From Candidatus Omnitrophota bacterium (GTDB taxonomy: Bacteria > Omnitrophota > Gorgyraeia > Zapsychrales > Aceulaceae): a DNA stretch of 64,000 nucleotides. The DNA lies in NCBI GenBank assembly GCA_028693815.1, contig JAQUUP010000008.1, forward strand, positions 5,287-69,286. The letters are read 5' to 3'. Every line of letters begins with the position of its first letter. The first letter of the stretch is position 1. The notes beneath the pieces are model-generated. The model ran no database searches and was not told the origin of the DNA. It worked only from the letters and a program-made list of their open reading frames with translations. Both the position numbers and the translations under genes were made by a program. Below are positions 62,586-64,000 of the stretch, in pieces.

Positions 62586-63650
62586 ATGGGAAAAGTAACA
62601 GATATTCGAGAATTATTGCTTTTAGCGATTGAAAAGAAAGCTTCAGATCTCCATCTTACTGAAGATACTCCGCCTGTTTTGCGCTTAGACGGTGCATTAG
62701 TTGTCACAGATATAGATCCACTAGACAAAGACACATTAAAAAAGATGATTTATGGTCTTTTGACAGATGATCAGAAAGAGCAATTCGAAAAGAGGCTTGA
62801 GCTTGATTTCTCAATTGCAATTCCTGGGCTTGATCGATTTCGTGCGAATGTACACGTGCAAAGAGGATGTGTTGAAATGGCGCTAAGGCGCATTCCGCTT
62901 TTTATTCCAAGTCTTGATGATCTTGGTCTTCCTGATGTTATTCGTGATTTTGCTAAGCGAACGACAGGTCTTGTTTTAGTTACAGGTCCAACTGGTGCAG
63001 GAAAGACAACGACTCTTTCTGCGATGATTGATATGATTAACAATGAGCGAGCTAATCTCATTATTTGTATTGAAGATCCTATTGAATATATTCATTATAA
63101 CAAAATGTCTGTCATTAAGCAGCGAGAAGTCTATAATGATACTCATTCATTTGCTGAAGCATTAAAAAGATGTTTGCGCCAAGATCCTGATGTTATTGTT
63201 GTTGGAGAAATGCGAGACCTTGAAACAATTTCAACTGCGCTTACAGCGGCAGAAACAGGTCATCTGGTTTTAGCGACATTGCATACACCGGATGCGCCTC
63301 AAACGATTGAGCGTATTATTGACGTATTTCCTCCGCATCAACAAGAACAGGTTAAATTGCAGCTTGCATCTTGTTTAGCAGGTGTTGTTTCGCAAAATTT
63401 ACTTCCAAGAAAAGATGGAAAAGGACGCATTCTTGCAACTGAAGTTATGGTTGCGACTCCAGGTATCCGACATCTTATTCGTGAGCAAGCAATTGAGCAA
63501 ATTCCAACGGCAATTCAGACAGGCCAGAAATATGGAATGAAGACAATGGATAAGTCTTTGCAGGAGATGTGCCAAGCAGGTATTATTTCTTATGAGACAG
63601 CTATCGCTCGCGCAAAAAATCCAGAAGAATTTAATCGTTTAGCTGTATAG
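62586..63650 (+). CDS. pilT: Type IV pilus retraction ATPase PilT
   Basis: 354 aa with no GSPII_E_N domain, Walker A GPTGAGKTTT, and PilT-type Asp/His boxes (DPIEY, ATLHT). Confidence 0.88.
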   Translation: MGKVTDIRELLLLAIEKKASDLHLTEDTPPVLRLDGALVVTDIDPLDKDTLKKMIYGLLTDDQKEQFEKRLELDFSIAIPGLDRFRANVHVQRGCVEMALRRIPLFIPSLDDLGLPDVIRDFAKRTTGLVLVTGPTGAGKTTTLSAMIDMINNERANLIICIEDPIEYIHYNKMSVIKQREVYNDTHSFAEALKRCLRQDPDVIVVGEMRDLETISTALTAAETGHLVLATLHTPDAPQTIERIIDVFPPHQQEQVKLQLASCLAGVVSQNLLPRKDGKGRILATEVMVATPGIRHLIREQAIEQIPTAIQTGQKYGMKTMDKSLQEMCQAGIISYETAIARAKNPEEFNRLAV

Positions 63651-63656
63651 GAGAGA

Positions 63657-64000
63657 ATGTCCATGGCTTATAATGTAACATTGCTTCCAGGCGATGGTAT
63701 CGGTCCAGAAGTTTCATGTGCAATGAAGAAATGCGTTGATTCAACGGGTGTTGATATTCATTGGGATGAGCAGATTGTTGGATCATATGCTATTAAAGAG
63801 TATGGAACTCCGTTGCCAGAAAAAGTTTTTGAATCTATTCGAAAGAATAAGGTTGCCATTAAGGGTCCGATCGAAACTCCTGTTGGCAAAGGATTTCGTT
63901 CTGTTAATGTTCAGCTGCGTCAAGAATTAGATCTATTTGCGTGTGTTCGTCCGGCAAGATATATTGAAGGGACAAAATCGATTGCAAAAGATTTGAATTT
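63657..64000 (+). CDS. Isocitrate/isopropylmalate dehydrogenase family protein, N-terminal part (3' end outside the window)
   Basis: Open to the window end: MSMAYNVTLLPGDGIGPEV...KGPIETPVGKGFRSVNVQLRQELDLFACVRPARY, the classic beta-decarboxylating dehydrogenase motifs. AGGAG lies 5 nt upstream of the ATG at 63657. Confidence 0.8.
   Translation, partial: MSMAYNVTLLPGDGIGPEVSCAMKKCVDSTGVDIHWDEQIVGSYAIKEYGTPLPEKVFESIRKNKVAIKGPIETPVGKGFRSVNVQLRQELDLFACVRPARYIEGTKSIAKDLN

Overview
This is a 64-kb, visibly AT-rich (roughly mid-30s % GC by eye), very gene-dense segment of a bacterial core chromosome. Every supported gene is on the + strand; all listed minus-strand ORFs are short antisense artefacts inside + strand genes. 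The window is core genome, not an accessory island. The most novel-looking content is regulatory and structural variation around the pilus machinery and ribosomal proteins.

Gene content in order:
- lspA (5'-truncated), lgt, rluD.
- A membrane-anchored coiled-coil protein, then aroA.
- The rod-shape elongasome mreB-mreC-mreD-mrdA(PBP2)-rodA.
- A complete type IVa pilus (T4aP) locus: a stand-alone MshEN-like c-di-GMP-receptor-domain protein, two tandem PilB/GspE-family ATPases, pilC, a secreted coiled-coil protein, the major pilin pilA, and pilMNOPQ.
- rng, rplU, obg, proB, proA, nadD, a phosphohexomutase, plsC, rpsA, tyrS.
- The conserved tRNA-Thr(GGT) - rpmG - tRNA-Trp(CCA) - secE - nusG block.
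- An uninterrupted ribosomal super-operon: rplKAJL-rpoBC-rpsL-rpsG-fusA-tuf-S10-spc-alpha through rplQ.
- An aspartate-aminotransferase-like gene, pilT, and the 5' end of an isocitrate/isopropylmalate-dehydrogenase-family gene.

No mobile elements, CRISPR arrays, rRNA genes or defence islands were seen.

The organism looks like a diderm (it has PilQ secretin, Lgt/LspA and MreBCD/PBP2/RodA) with a streamlined genome: many 1-60 nt gene overlaps and almost no intergenic DNA.

The observations most worth a second look:
- The c-di-GMP-sensing architecture of the pilus locus: a stand-alone MshEN module plus paralogous extension ATPases, one of them MshE-like.
- Two unannotated coiled-coil proteins.
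- A zinc-ribbon variant of ribosomal protein uL24.
- Histone-like Lys-rich tails on uS5 and bL17.
- A 59-nt rpoC/rpsL overlap that fuses the rif and str operons.
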